Assembly (NCBI GenBank): GCA_951406725.2
Contig: OX597815.1
Location: 191,146,001 to 191,210,000, forward strand
DNA: 64,000 nt
From: Octopus vulgaris
Taxonomy: Eukaryota
Direction of reading: 5' to 3'
The notes under the pieces are model-generated. The model had not been told where the DNA came from. It saw only the letters and a list, made by a program, of their open reading frames with translations, and did no database searches. Position numbers and translations under genes: made by a program. Below, one piece after another: positions 38,089 through 50,911 of this stretch. How positions within the stretch are numbered: position 1 is the stretch's first letter; each line of letters starts with the position of its first letter.

Positions 38089-38880
38089 ACTGCTTGGCTG
38101 GTTAAGAAGTTTGGAGTTATGATGTTATATTATCGACAATTGATAAGGAGTAGAGAGTTTGCATGTTATTTTCATTCTTTTTGTAAATTTCCTTGTCACT
38201 CTTGCTTGCCACCTTTCTTCAAAGTAAGTACACACACACACACACACACACACGACAGGCTTCTTTTAGTTTCTGTTTATCAAATCTATTCACAAAGCTT
38301 CAGTTGGCCCAGGGCCACAGTAGTAGAAAACACTTGTCCAAGGTACCAGACAGTGGGAATAAACACAAAAGCATGCGGCTTTTATAACAATAGTCTCTTA
38401 TAACATCATTTCTAAGTAACTGAAACTTTATTTATATATTTATAATATGTTTACCAAATTGTAGAGAAGTCATAGAAATGGATATGTCATCAGTTTCAAA
38501 CACAAGTAATCAGTTGTTTAATTGGACTTTCCACTTTATTATTAAATTAATATGCCAGTGGTTGAGTATTATGTGGCTATGTGTATCCTTAGCTTATTAA
38601 CTGCCACATGTACAACTGGTGATTCTTCACAAACTTCACACAACTGCCATATGCATCACTGGTGGTACATTTTCATAATTTGAGAAAATATTTTATTCTG
38701 TATCTTTGACAGGGTGTCACAGATATTTAAATAACATGTGTGCTTAATATCAAAGTTTAATTATGAAATATTGTAAAAATACGAAAAAAAATTACATTTC
38801 CTTGTAATTACAGAATATGCAGTGTGACTGGAAATATATGGCATCACCAGTAATTTCCAGTAACAAACCACAACAGTTAA

Positions 38881-39345
38881 CTTATTTCTTTATTGCCCAC
38901 AAGGGGCTAAACGTAGAGGGGACAAACAAGGACAGACAAAGGGATTAAATCGATTACATTGACCCCTGTGCGTACGGCATCAGTTGTTAGTTGTCGGAGC
39001 ACTGCATCCTTCAAAACTTCCATGCTTCCTGAGATTCGCCAACACTACACCTGATTTTCTCCCTTCCATACACACGCAAGCATGTATCTGACTCATACAC
39101 TGTTCGCTTCCCAGACATTTGTACATTATTGCATATGCTTTATAAGCACTTTTTGACAAGTTGCGGTGCACCTGAGCACTGTATACAATAATTTCATTAT
39201 TATAACTGGTACTTAATTTATTGACCCCAAAAGAATGAAAGGCAAAGTCGACCTCGGCGGAATTTGAACTCAGAACGTAGCGGCAGACGAAATACTGCTG
39301 AGCATTTCGCCCGGCATGCTAACGATTCTGCCAGCTCGCCACCTT
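38881..39345 (-). mobile_element. SINE family B with 16-bp TSD, carrying a nested LINE 3' end
   Basis: TSD aaaccacaacagttaa 38865-38880 / aaaccacgacagttaa 39346-39361. Confidence 0.9.
38975..39204 (+). mobile_element. 5'-truncated CR1-group LINE 3' end nested in SINE B
   Basis: Splits the consensus cgta|actggtac. Encodes SVVSCRSTASFKTSMLPEIRQHYT* and ends gtgcacctgagcactgtataca..(att)n; related to 44325-44690. Confidence 0.75.
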
Positions 39346-40164
39346 AAACCACGACAGTTAATATGTTAACATTGTTCTTAGGCTGAGTGACACAATATGT
39401 GACAAGGTTAGACTTTTGATTTACTGGTACATCCATCCATCTGACAGGCTTCCAAGATGCCTTACATTGGATTGAACCTGAGATGTCATGATTATAGAGT
39501 AAACTTCTTAGTCATTTGGCCATGTTCCATTAGTATATAAGATTAGTATTTATCATGGGAAAATCAATTGAAAACTAATTAGTAAAAATTGTCATTTATT
39601 CCTATTGAGACTAGATTAAGACAAATTCTTTCCAGCTGGCATTTTCCGTTCTAATTAACGTCATTACAGTCTTTTGATTCTAGTGAATTGGCACTTGACT
39701 GAGATTCTTTAGCAGCTGATGTTTTGGTATGTACAAACGCTTATATTTATGATTCTATAATGATATGTTAGGTTACCAAGTTACAGAACAACATGAGATG
39801 AAATCATCTTCAGTTGTTTTGTTGCATATCTACAAAAAGTTTAATCAAACGAGCCATCATTCCAGAGTGTTGCAGCACTGGGGAAGAATGTTTAAGCAAA
39901 GTGTTTAAAGTGCCATGTCTTAGTGATGAGACATGAAGATGGATGAAAAGAGGAAAGACAACAGGTATGTCAGCTTAGTTGAGAAAGAGATGGTGATATG
40001 CATCTCTTTGATCAGAAGAAAGTTTGTGAATTTGGTGAAGTTCATATTGTGTGAGGAAAAGAAAAATTTGATCTTTCGGGAGTGAAACTTTGTGTTATTA
40101 TGAGATTAGTTTATAAAAAACATTTATTTTCCTTAATCATTATTCCATTGTTTCTGAAGGTGGA

Positions 40165-40360
40165 GAGCACCTGTGCTGATGCGATGTACAAAGCACTCAG
40201 TACACTCTAATAAAGTGGTTAGCACCAGGAAGGGCATCCAGCCATAGAAACCATACCAAAACAGACAATTGGTGCCTGGTGTAGCATTCTGGCTTTCCCA
40301 GCTCTTGTCCAATCATCCAACCCATGCCAGCATGAAAAACTGACGTTAAATGATGATGAG
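40165..40360 (+). mobile_element. RTE-clade LINE 3' end, older
   Basis: aggaagggcatccagcc...ccaacccatgccagcatg...gacgttaaatgatgatg. Confidence 0.65.
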
Positions 40361-40393
40361 GAGGAAGAGGAAGAGGAGGATTAAATCTCAAAT

Positions 40394-40810
<417 letters not shown>

Positions 40811-41289
40811 CATAACAACTACTAACTTCATTCCCATACAGGTGGAATAAGTAGTCAAACATAAAATGCCTGAATTTCCTGTCTGAATATGTGTGTAATT
40901 GCTGGCAAATATTTGTTAGCGATTATTGTTGCTGGTTTTAAGGAAGGGGTAAAATGCAAGCTGTAGCATTCATGACTTTCTTAATGTAACATAAAATGCT
41001 TTAGTAATGTAAGTAAAGTGTAATAGCAACAATAAGACCTCAGAACTATGTTGCACCCTTGGTTTGCTGAGAAGATAACTTTCTATGGTTGTCTAGACTA
41101 TGTTGAATGGTTGACCAACTGACTGAACAGGCTGCCAGACATTCGGCTTAGACAGAGCACAATCAATTGGGCATTAGAATCTCTTGATTGGTGCCCCAAA
41201 TTTTGATTTATCAAATCCTTGTCTTAAGCCATATTAACTCACTTATTCTAATGCCTACTAGCAGGCAGGGTGTACAGAATTTCTGTTTT

Positions 41290-41680
41290 ATCTTTTATTT
41301 GTTCCTCTCGTTAGACTGCAGCCATGCTGGAGCACCACCTTGAGGAATTTCAGTTGAATGAATCGACCGCTGGACATTTTTTTTAAAGCTTGGTACTTAC
41401 TCTGTGTTTTTGATGAGCTGCTAAGTTACAGGGATGTAAACACACCAATACTGGTTGTCAAGTGGTGGTGGTGGTAGACAAACACAGACACATACATACA
41501 CATACACACACATATATGACGGGCTTCTTTTAGTTTCCATCTATGAAATCCTCTCACAAGGCTTTGGTCAGCCCATGGCTAGAGTAGAAGACACTTGCCC
41601 AGGGGTACCACACAGTGTGGCTGAACCTGGAACCATGTGGTGAACAAGCAATTTTCTTAGTACACAACCACATCTGTGCT
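41290..41680 (-). mobile_element. SINE family A, degraded
   Basis: Family A motifs. Confidence 0.75.
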
Positions 41681-42502
41681 TAACATAAAATATTTTGCAA
41701 AGTATAAAAAAAACTGTATGAATTCATGTGATGTATTATATAAGTATAACTTTACTGTCTACATGGAACAGAAATTCTATACATTTAGACATATCTCTCT
41801 TAATATTTATCTGTTTATTTAAAGATAAATAGGTGAACAATCTAACATTTCTCCTTTACTGCATTTATATAATACTTCATATCAGTTTCTTTTTTTTAAT
41901 CAAACGTCTACTTTTTATATTGCTATTAAATTAGTCAATTTTTTTATATTATATTCTCTTCTAGCAAGAATATATTCTTTACTTCCAATTTGCTTTTCAT
42001 TCATTTTCTACCAGACAGTTTACAGTTTATGTCTTTTTGACTAAAACATTTTCTTTCTTACTGAAACATTTTGTTTCTTACTTTTGCTATTGCTATGATC
42101 ATGTGTAAATACAGTCAACTTTCTGAGCAATCCCTTTTTATCAACATAAGTTTGATTTTTCTTGTGATGGGAGTGGTTTCATTTTATAGAGGCCCTTTTC
42201 TTTTTAGCATTTCTTTCTAACGAAGTGAGATATAGAGACAGGGAAAGAACAATGAGGAGAAAGAGAGAGATCAAAGAGATCTCTTGGTATAGCTTCTTAA
42301 GCAGTGTTTTAAGACCTTTTTTTTTTGTCCCATGCCTCACTTTGATTTTCACCCCAAAAATGTAGTTGCCCCGGCGCGTAGACGAGCAGGGAACAGAAGG
42401 CGGCGGCCACTGCGGGGGCCGACGACGGCTTTGGCAGACGTCTCCGGCAGCATCGCGGCCGATGCCGGAGGCATACACCTGCCGGCTGCTACCCCTTAAT
42501 GT

Positions 42503-42822
42503 AAGATGTTTGTTTCTCAACCACATGGTTCCTGGTTCAGTCCCACTGCATGGCACCTTGGGTAAGTGTCTTCTACTATAGCCTAAGTCAATGCAAGCTT
42601 TGTCAGTGGATTTGGTAGATGGAAACTGAAAGAAGCCTATTGTATATAAATATAAAGGCTGACCCTTTGAATACCAGTTCAACTCATTTTTATTAGCTGT
42701 GTGGACTGGAGCAATGTGAAATAAAGTGCCTTGCTCAAGGACACAATGCATCACTGGGAATTGAACCTATGACCTTACGATCGTGAGCCAAATATTCTAA
42801 CCACTAAGCAACACTCCTTCAC
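42503..42822. mobile_element. SINE A 5' half (+, 42503-42645) and SINE C 5' half (-, 42656-42822)
   Basis: Family motifs. Confidence 0.75.
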
Positions 42823-43194
42823 TTGTTTCATAGATAGAAGTGCAAAAGAAGAAGGGTGAAAAAAGCCCATAATTTATAAACTAAAATGAGAAATATTTTA
42901 TAAATTATTTTATCTTAGGTGTAATCCCTTTCCAGGTCAGTTGTAAGATGAGTACTCAGTATTGGCACTAAACTTTAATCAAAATTCCATGAGGCTGAAA
43001 AGACATGGAATTAGACTAGTCTCAAATGAGGCATGAAATTGTTAGGAATTCTAAAAGTCTATCCCCTTACATCAGGGAACTACAAAACCTGTAATAGCAT
43101 GCAAAATGTTTCTGAAGTCATTTTATAAAACCATAACCCTCTCACAGCCCTATCTCTAATGAAATACACTACCTATATATTTCATTTTCTAAAG

Positions 43195-43530
43195 CATGCG
43201 TGGGCAACCTGCGGGCCACATGCAGCCCTTGTTGAGTATCTAGGTTACCAATTTCATACTAAGACAAATAAAATTTCATACTAAGACAAATGAAATTTCA
43301 TACTAAGACAAATAAAATTTTATACTGAGACAAATAAAATTTTATTCTGAGACAAATAAAATTTTATACTGAGACAAATAAAATTTTATACTGAGACAAA
43401 TAAAATGTCATACTAAGACAAATGAAATTAAGAAGAACTGCAAAAAAATTCAGTGTATTATCATCCGGCCCTCTCCCACTTGGAAATGGTACAATGTGGC
43501 CCCCAGTTGACAAAAAGTTGCCCATTCCTG
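43195..43530. mobile_element. hAT (Charlie-like) MITE with 8-bp TSD and an internal 22-bp minisatellite
   Basis: TSD ttctaaag 43187-43194 / 43531-43538. TIRs catgcgtgggcaac / gttgcccattcctg. ~8 units of tttYatactRagacaaataaaa at 43251-43429. Confidence 0.85.
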
Positions 43531-43819
43531 TTCTAAAGCATGGAACTTATTCTATTGGTCTCTATTGGCAAACTGCTAAGTTAAAGGGCCATAAGGACAC
43601 CAATGCCAGTTGTGAAGCGATGGTGGGGGACAAAACAAAGAGACCAATAGAGAAAGTATGAGGCTTAAGAAAAAGAATATGAGTAGATGAGTCGATTTAT
43701 TCGACTAAAGATTTTTCAAGGGGTACCCCAGCATGGCCACACCCTCGTGACAAACAAATAACAGAAAGATAAAAGAAAGTAAAAGTTTATTAGTAAGTAA
43801 CATAATCTATCCCTCCCCC

Positions 43820-44320
43820 ACATGACCTGCTGTGCTTGAGGGGACCTATTGAGTCAGGTACATCAACATCAAAATAAATATCAAATGGAAATTGTAGTTG
43901 TGATACCTGTGCCAGTGGGACATAAAAAGCACCATCCGAACGTGGTTGATGCCAGCACCACCTTGACTGGCTTCTGTGCCAGTGGCACGTAAAAAGCACC
44001 AACCGATCGGGGCCACTGCCAGCCTCCACTGGCTCCTGTGCCGGTGGCACATAAAAAGCACCAACTGATCGTGGCCACTGCCAGCTTCCCCTGGCATCTG
44101 TGCCATGGTTCAGAATAGGGACGAGCAACTTTTTGCACATAAAAAGCACCCACTACACTCACGGAGTGGTTGGCGTTAGGAAGGGCATCCAGCTGTAGAA
44201 ACACTGCCAGATCAGATTGGAGCCTGGTGCAGCCTCCAGGCTTCCCAGACCCCGGTCGAACCGTCCAACCCATGCTAGCATGGAAAATGGACGTTAAACG
44301 ATGATGATGATGATGATGAT
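43820..44320 (+). mobile_element. Longest RTE-clade LINE 3' fragment, with ~63-67-bp internal tandem units
   Basis: Begins with a possible ORF end (gctgtgcttgaggggacctattga), has repeated tgtgccRgtggcacRtaaaaagcacc, and ends gacgttaaac(gat)n. Confidence 0.7.
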
Positions 44321-44324
44321 CTCA

Positions 44325-44690
44325 CTGTAGAATAGTAATGAACTTAGTGTGTACGGTGCTCAGGTGCACTACAACTCATCAGAAAAAGCTGCCAAAACTG
44401 CATGCAAAGTACATAAGATATGTGCACAGGAAGTGAACAGTGAATAAAGTCTATGAGGGGGAAAAAAGGAAGAAGAAACTGGTGTACTGTTGGCAAATTT
44501 CAGGAAGTTTGGAAAGATTTGGTGTCCCGACTGCTAAAAACTGATGCAGGTAGTTTATTCCATGCTTCAGTAATTCTGAGTGTGCAAAAATGTTTCCAAA
44601 AGCAATGGGTGCTATGTTGTTTTTTTTTGATTTTGTAAGCATTTGTACGATTGTTAGATTTTCAACTTGAGCCAAAATCAGATCAAACAA
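44325..44690 (-). mobile_element. CR1-group LINE 3' end
   Basis: Minus strand encodes HFCTLRITEAWNKLPASVFSS (R....WN.LP..V motif) and shares the gtgcacctgagcac terminus with 38975-39204. Confidence 0.7.
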
Positions 44691-45222
44691 CCAGGCTGGA
44701 ACTAAATATTCTATTAATGATTTAATCTATTCTGTGTAAATAATTAGTTAATTACCTATCCTCTAGAAATGTTAACTCTGATAATTAAGATGAAGGATAA
44801 AATCAAAATGTCTTAAACATTAGACGACCGACTTTATGAACAGTTTGAAAGTAATTTATAATCTCTTAGTTAGCCTTGAAAGTTTTGTTTATGTGGTTGG
44901 TAGAGTTAAGTGTCTTAACCAAGCCCATAACTAAACCAGTAATGAGAAAATTATGAAAGAGATTCATGCCTATAGTAAATAATATGGAAAAATTGGATTA
45001 TTGATTGTACTAAATAAAGAAAACCCAAATGACTAATGTATTGATTTTCTATTATTAATATGAACAAAAGCAGTCAGGATAGCCAAGATAGTCGAGTCCA
45101 GGGTTTGATGCTCTGCTTTATATTGTCCAGTACCTGACTATGTTAGGTTCAAATGCTGCTATAGTTGACTTCGTTTCCATTTCCTGCAACATTGATCAAT
45201 TGATTACTAAAAATATATCGTG

Positions 45223-45258
<36 letters not shown>

Positions 45259-45262
<4 letters not shown>

Positions 45263-45460
45263 CTTTATTGCCCACAAGGGGCTAAACATAGAGGGGATAA
45301 ACAAGGACAGACAAAGGGATTAAGTCGATTACATCGACCCCAGTGCGTAACTGGTACTTTATTTATCAACCCCAAAAGGATGAAAGGCAAAGTCGACCTC
45401 AGCGGAATTTGAACTCAGAACGTAGCGACAGACGAAATACTGCTAAGCATTTCGCCCAGC
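45259..45460 (-). mobile_element. 5'-truncated young SINE B
   Basis: Family B motifs; abuts (TA)n. Confidence 0.85.
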
Positions 45461-46709
45461 GAAATGAGCAATTAAAGGAAACTCTGTATCGTTCAACCTC
45501 CTGAAAACAACAGTTAAATCTCCTTAAAACATCATGCCTTACTATCTTAGAACAGAACATCACTAGAAATATATCATGAACTATTAAAAGCATTATAACC
45601 CATACTTTCAATAGAAGGAATGAGCAAATAAGGGCGACTCTGTATTGTTCAACCTTCTAAAAACAACAGCTAAATCCCCTTAAAACATCATGCCTTACTA
45701 TCTTAGAACAGAACGTCACACAGGAAAATGTGTTCTCTTCTAAGACTGGAATGCCTTTGATCATAAATCTTCTTAACTGGGACTGACCAGAGGCTAAACA
45801 AAAGTTCTTTTTTTTTTTTCAACATAATAAATTTTGTAAAACACAAAGAGATGACCAAAGATACTACGATACCAAACTGGATGTCACTTCTGATGTGATT
45901 TTAGAACGACATGGGCCAGAGTTCAATTTCCTCTACGATTGGCTTTGTTTACCATCTCGCAAACAGTCAATAAAATAAGCACCATCATGAATGGGAGATG
46001 ATAAAATTAACTATATTTTACATTTATAAATACTGGACCTACGTCTAGACAAAAGAAATCAATAAAGAATTGTCCGTAGTAAACTCTGGCAGTAATTCTC
46101 AGTGCTAAAAACACTTTCTTGTAAATATCTTTGAGAACAGAAGATGAAGACTCTGCAAATTGGAACTCCAATGTATGAAATGGAAAACCCATAAATTATT
46201 AGAATCAGATGTGTGTGTGTGTGTGCACATGTGTTTATATGTAAGTATAAAACATCTGTGTGTTTAAATACAAACCTACAGGTACACATCCATGCACACA
46301 CACACACTCATACATTTCAAAGATCTTTTTGTGTTCCTCTCTCTCACTCTCTTTCTCTCACTAAATATATGAGTGTGTGCATATGTATATGCCTATTAAA
46401 ATAGATAGATGTATATTTATGTGTGTACCTATTTATCTTATCTATTTATCTATCTATCTATATCTATCTGTCTGTCTGTATGTATGTATCTGTGTGTGTG
46501 TGTGTGTGTGTTTGAAAAAAATGAATAGAAATGGCTTTTCTGAAAGTTATAAACATCTAATTATTAAAGTGGAAAAATTATCGCAAAAGCCATTTGTATT
46601 CAATTTTTCAAACATATAATATTATACCAAAGATTTTCTATTTCTTATTCTTCTTCTACTACTACTACTACACACACACATTGATATAGATATATATCTA
46701 TATATATAT

Positions 46710-47090
46710 ATACCGGAGTAAACACATAAATGTGAAACAAGGTGGAAAAAAGAGTACTCAATTGCCAGGGGTAGAGTAATATGCTTTATTTAAAATCAGA
46801 AGAAATTCAACAAAACCTGTTACTCGGAGTTTCACGTAACTCCAAGAAAGTTAGAGGTTGTGAATCCAACCCACTAAGGGATATCTATCTATCCAATATA
46901 CTGTTGGTATAATACCCAATTATTAATACACAAGTGTTTTTTTATTGCATTGCAATTACATTACCTAGTGTACTAAGTGGGTGAAGGTAAAGAGATATTT
47001 TGCCATTAATAAATAAATAAATAAGTTAACATAATATAATGTCTAAAAGTTGATGAACCACCTATTAATCCCCTCCATTTTCTTATTGCT
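46710..47090. mobile_element. Unclassified repeat in TA microsatellite (possibly Penelope-like); related to 23970-24210
   Basis: Shares ggttgtga.t.caacccac.a.gggata and the terminal ctccattttcttatt with 23982-24204. Confidence 0.45.
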
Positions 47091-47149
47091 ATATATATAT
47101 ATATGTATATACATATATATATATATTCTCATATATTTAAGTTTTTACC

Positions 47150-47932
47150 TGTTACCTTTTCAGTCATTAGACTGCAGCCATCCTGAGACACTGCCATGAC
47201 AGGTGTAATCAATCAAATCAACATCAGTGCTCTTTGCTGAACTGCTAGATTTCAGGAATGTAAACAAACCAACGTCAAGCAGTGGCGGGGGAACAAACAC
47301 ACACACATATACAGATATTCTTTTACTTGGTTCAGTCATTTTAACTGTGGCCGTGCTGGAGCATCGCCTCTTAGTCAAAGAAATCGACCCCTGGACTTAA
47401 TTCTTTGTAACCCTTCTACTTATTTTATCTGTCTCTTTTGCCAAACTGCTAAGTTGCAGAGGATGTAAACACACCAAAATCAGTCGCAAGCGATGGTGCA
47501 GGGACAAACACAGACGCACACACACATATATATATACATCTTTTATTTTTTACCTGTTTCAGTAATTAGATTGCGGCCATGCTGGGGCACCACCTTGAAG
47601 AATTTTTAGTCAAATGAATCGACCACAGTACTTATTTTTTAAGCCTGGTAATTATTCTATTGGGTTCTTTTGCTGAACCGCTAAGTTACAGGGACGTAAA
47701 CACACCAACATCGGTTGTCAAGCAATGGGGGACAAACAAAGACACACAAACATAGATATATGTACATATATACAACGAGCTACTTTCAGTTTCCATCTAC
47801 CAGATCCACTCACAAGGCTTTGGTTGGCCCAAGGCTATAGTAGAAAGCACTTGCCTAAGGTGCCATGCAGTGGGACTGAATCCGGAACCACGTGGTTGGC
47901 AAGGAAGCTCCTTACCACACAGCCACACCTAC
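47150..47932 (-). mobile_element. Three stacked or nested SINE A copies
   Basis: Three successive tail motifs (cagtcatt...gcc.tgctg) and one head at ~47930. Confidence 0.8.
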
Positions 47933-48432
47933 ATATATAAATACACACACACACACACACATATATATATAAATACATACATACATATATATAGTTATAT
48001 GAATCATATAATTTGGTACACAGCTTCATACTAACACACACTCACACACGCACACTCACACATCTGTTCTAAGCTGTTGGAAACGTTTCCATTTTTTGCC
48101 CACATTTTTGACATTCTCACTCTCAATGAAATCAAATGTGATTTTTGGCACATAATATTACCTGTTCCTGTAGAGGAACATTAGATAATGCAAATAACAT
48201 TCGTAAAATTTGTAATAATATTTATATATAATATAGCTTGTAAAATAATAGTTGCAAATTAGAAAGATAAGTTTAACTCTTCATAACTATAATTATTAGC
48301 TTTTAAAGATATCAGTGCCAGTAAATTTATGTATATATGTATGCATATATGCATATCTATCTGCCTTTCTTATCTATGGATATCTAAACATACATACATA
48401 ATTATATATGTGTGTGTGTGTGTGTGTGTATA

Positions 48433-48642
48433 CAGGGTGTCCCAGAAGTCGCGCACCATTCTGGTTTGCATTAAAAATTATTAAAGCGATTTATTTTATC
48501 ATATTTTTTTCGGCATGTTTTATTGTAGAGGGTGCTCAGTTTGAGCATTTGTTACGATTAATTTCAATAACGTGATTTTGAAATCAGTAAGGGTGTATTT
48601 TTTTTAAAAACCAGGGTGGTAAGCAACTTCTGGGACACCCTG
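48433..48642. mobile_element. Tc1/mariner MITE with TA target duplication
   Basis: TA-CAGGGTGTCCCAGAAGT...ACTTCTGGGACACCCTG-TA; 17-bp perfect TIR extending imperfectly to ~35 bp. Confidence 0.9.
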
Positions 48643-48729
48643 TATATATATATATATGTGTGTCTGTGTATATATATATATAACCAAGAAAAAAGCAACA
48701 AGAATGGAATGCACATATGATGATGATGC

Positions 48730-48762
<33 letters not shown>

Positions 48763-48786
48763 TGTGTGAGTGTATATATGTATATA

Positions 48787-48978
48787 TCATCATCATCATT
48801 TAGTGTCCCTTGTCATTTCTGACATGGGTTGGACAGTTTGATCAGAGCTGGCAAGCTAAGGAGCTGCACCAGGTTCCAGTCTGATTTTGCATGGTTTCTA
48901 CAGCCGGATACCCTTCCTAATGCCAACCACTTTACAGTGTGCTGGGTGCTTTTATGTGTGTCCCTGTATGTTTATAAA

Positions 48979-49010
<32 letters not shown>

Positions 49011-49350
49011 CACACACACACACATATATGTCAATATATATATACATACACCCACAAACATGTATATTTACAAGCTTACATATATATATATATATCATCA
49101 TCATCATCATCGTTTAACGTCCGTTTTCCGCGCTAGCACGGGTTGGACGGTTCGACCGGGGTCTGGGAAGCCGGGGGCCGCTCCAGGCTCCAGTCTGATT
49201 CTGGCAGAGTTTCTACGGCTGGATGCCCTTCCTAACGCCAACCACTCCGTGAGTGGATTGGGTGCTTTTTACGTGCCACCTGCACAGGGGCCGGGGGGTC
49301 CGGCATCGGTCACGATCGGTTCGAGCTTTTAACGTGCCAGGGACACGGGG
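48787..49350 (-). mobile_element. Two RTE-clade 3' ends (48787-48955 older; 49095-49350 young)
   Basis: (cat)n-cgtttaacgtccg...ctggatgcccttcctaacgccaaccactcc...gggtgctttttacgtgcc. Confidence 0.8.
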
Positions 49351-50849
49351 GCAACGGGATGCGGGGTAGAGTTGAGTTGGGGGGGGGTCCAGCTGAGAAA
49401 GGTTTCACCAGTGAAAAGAGAGGGAGAGATAGTAAAGGGGTGCAGGTAATATAGGGGAGCACCAGTGGGGAAGTTGGGGGAGGAGGAACGATGGCAGGAA
49501 GGGTTGGTGAAGGTTCGTAAGAAATATAAACGTAGGATGTGTATATATATATATGGGTAGGTGTGGGGAAGGTTGGGTGGGTAAGGAGGAACGATGGCAG
49601 GAAGGGTTGGTGCAGGTTCGTAAGAAATAAAAACGTAGGATATTACGAGGCATGGAGGGGACTGGAAGGAGATAGTAGGATTGAGGCAATATTACACATT
49701 CATATGCATGTGGGAGTGTTTGATAAGGACGTCATATGAGCCATGTGATGGAGTAAAATTATATATATATATATATAGATAGATATAGATGTTTAGATAT
49801 ATAGACACACACATGCATGCCCATGTACGTGTGTGTGTGTGTGTGTGTATGTATTTATGTATATATATACTAAATCTTTGTTTTATAAAGTTCACTTTTC
49901 CATGAGGAATATGTCTATAATTGAGTGACTGTCTTTTCATCTTCTTCCAGAGTTTTGTATAAGTAATTCTTCTTGTGGTTTCCTTAGCCTGCAAAAATTT
50001 TGCACATACATACACACACACAGATTTATATTAATACGTTAGTGTATATTTATGTATACATACATAGATATGTGAGTGTGTGTGTGCTGATATACATGTG
50101 TCATGTGTGATATCTAATATATATATATATAATCAGCCGAAATTGCGAAGATGATCCGGTTCTTGACTGATGACTGAGGGCTTCGAATGTCCCGTCCTGT
50201 GGTTCTTGTGTCGTCTTCTAGGTGTTTCGCATTCTTGTTCCAGTTTTTATATATTTTTTACTTTTTACATATATATATATATATATATATAGTGTGTGTG
50301 TGTGTATTATATTGTGCAGAGTTTGTTTGTTTTTGTTATGCATCCATCTGTCTAACTGGAAAGACTAATTTCTCCCTATAAAAAGGCAGCAGGTATGAAG
50401 CAAAGTTTGAACTCAGAATGCAAAATAACTGAAAGTGATACTGCAATTCTGCCAATCCAGCGCCTTGGACTCATATTTTATTTTATCCGATTAGAAAAAA
50501 AGACTTAAAGCAAAATTGTTTTCAACTGGATTTGAACTCATAACACAGAGCACCAAAGATCCAGAACAAATACTGCCAGGGATTCTCCCTAACATCTAAA
50601 CAACTCTGTTAATTCAGCTAATATAAATGTGTGTGCATGTATGTTTATATGAGAAAGAGAGAGACAGATGTCTGTGTAGATGAGTATTTGTGGGAATATG
50701 TATTAGTTGTGTATATATCACTTTCGAAATTAAACTATCCCTAACAGGCATTTTCATCTTGTATACACAGCATTACTACCGTGTTCATCCAATACTTTCT
50801 ACACCCTGAATATCTAGAAGCAGTCAACATCCTGTTACAGAATACAATG

Positions 50850-50910
<61 letters not shown>

Positions 50911-50911
<1 letters not shown>

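Noticed and set aside
42366-42496. HDV-like ribozyme or bacterial gene fragment in the GC island
   Set aside because: I could not build the nested double pseudoknot or recognise a protein motif in any frame; kept only as an unexplained island.
43251-43429. CRISPR-like appearance of the 22-bp repeats and of the 43905-44155 modules
   Set aside because: The first has no spacers; the second has related linkers within a LINE UTR. The context is eukaryotic with no cas genes.
46007-46192. Minus-strand exon candidate (ttgcag|..GAC|gtaggt), and 49896-49988 (ttttgcag|AKETTRR..|gtgaac)
   Set aside because: Splice signals are only moderate, phases do not build a coherent model, and no domain is recognised.
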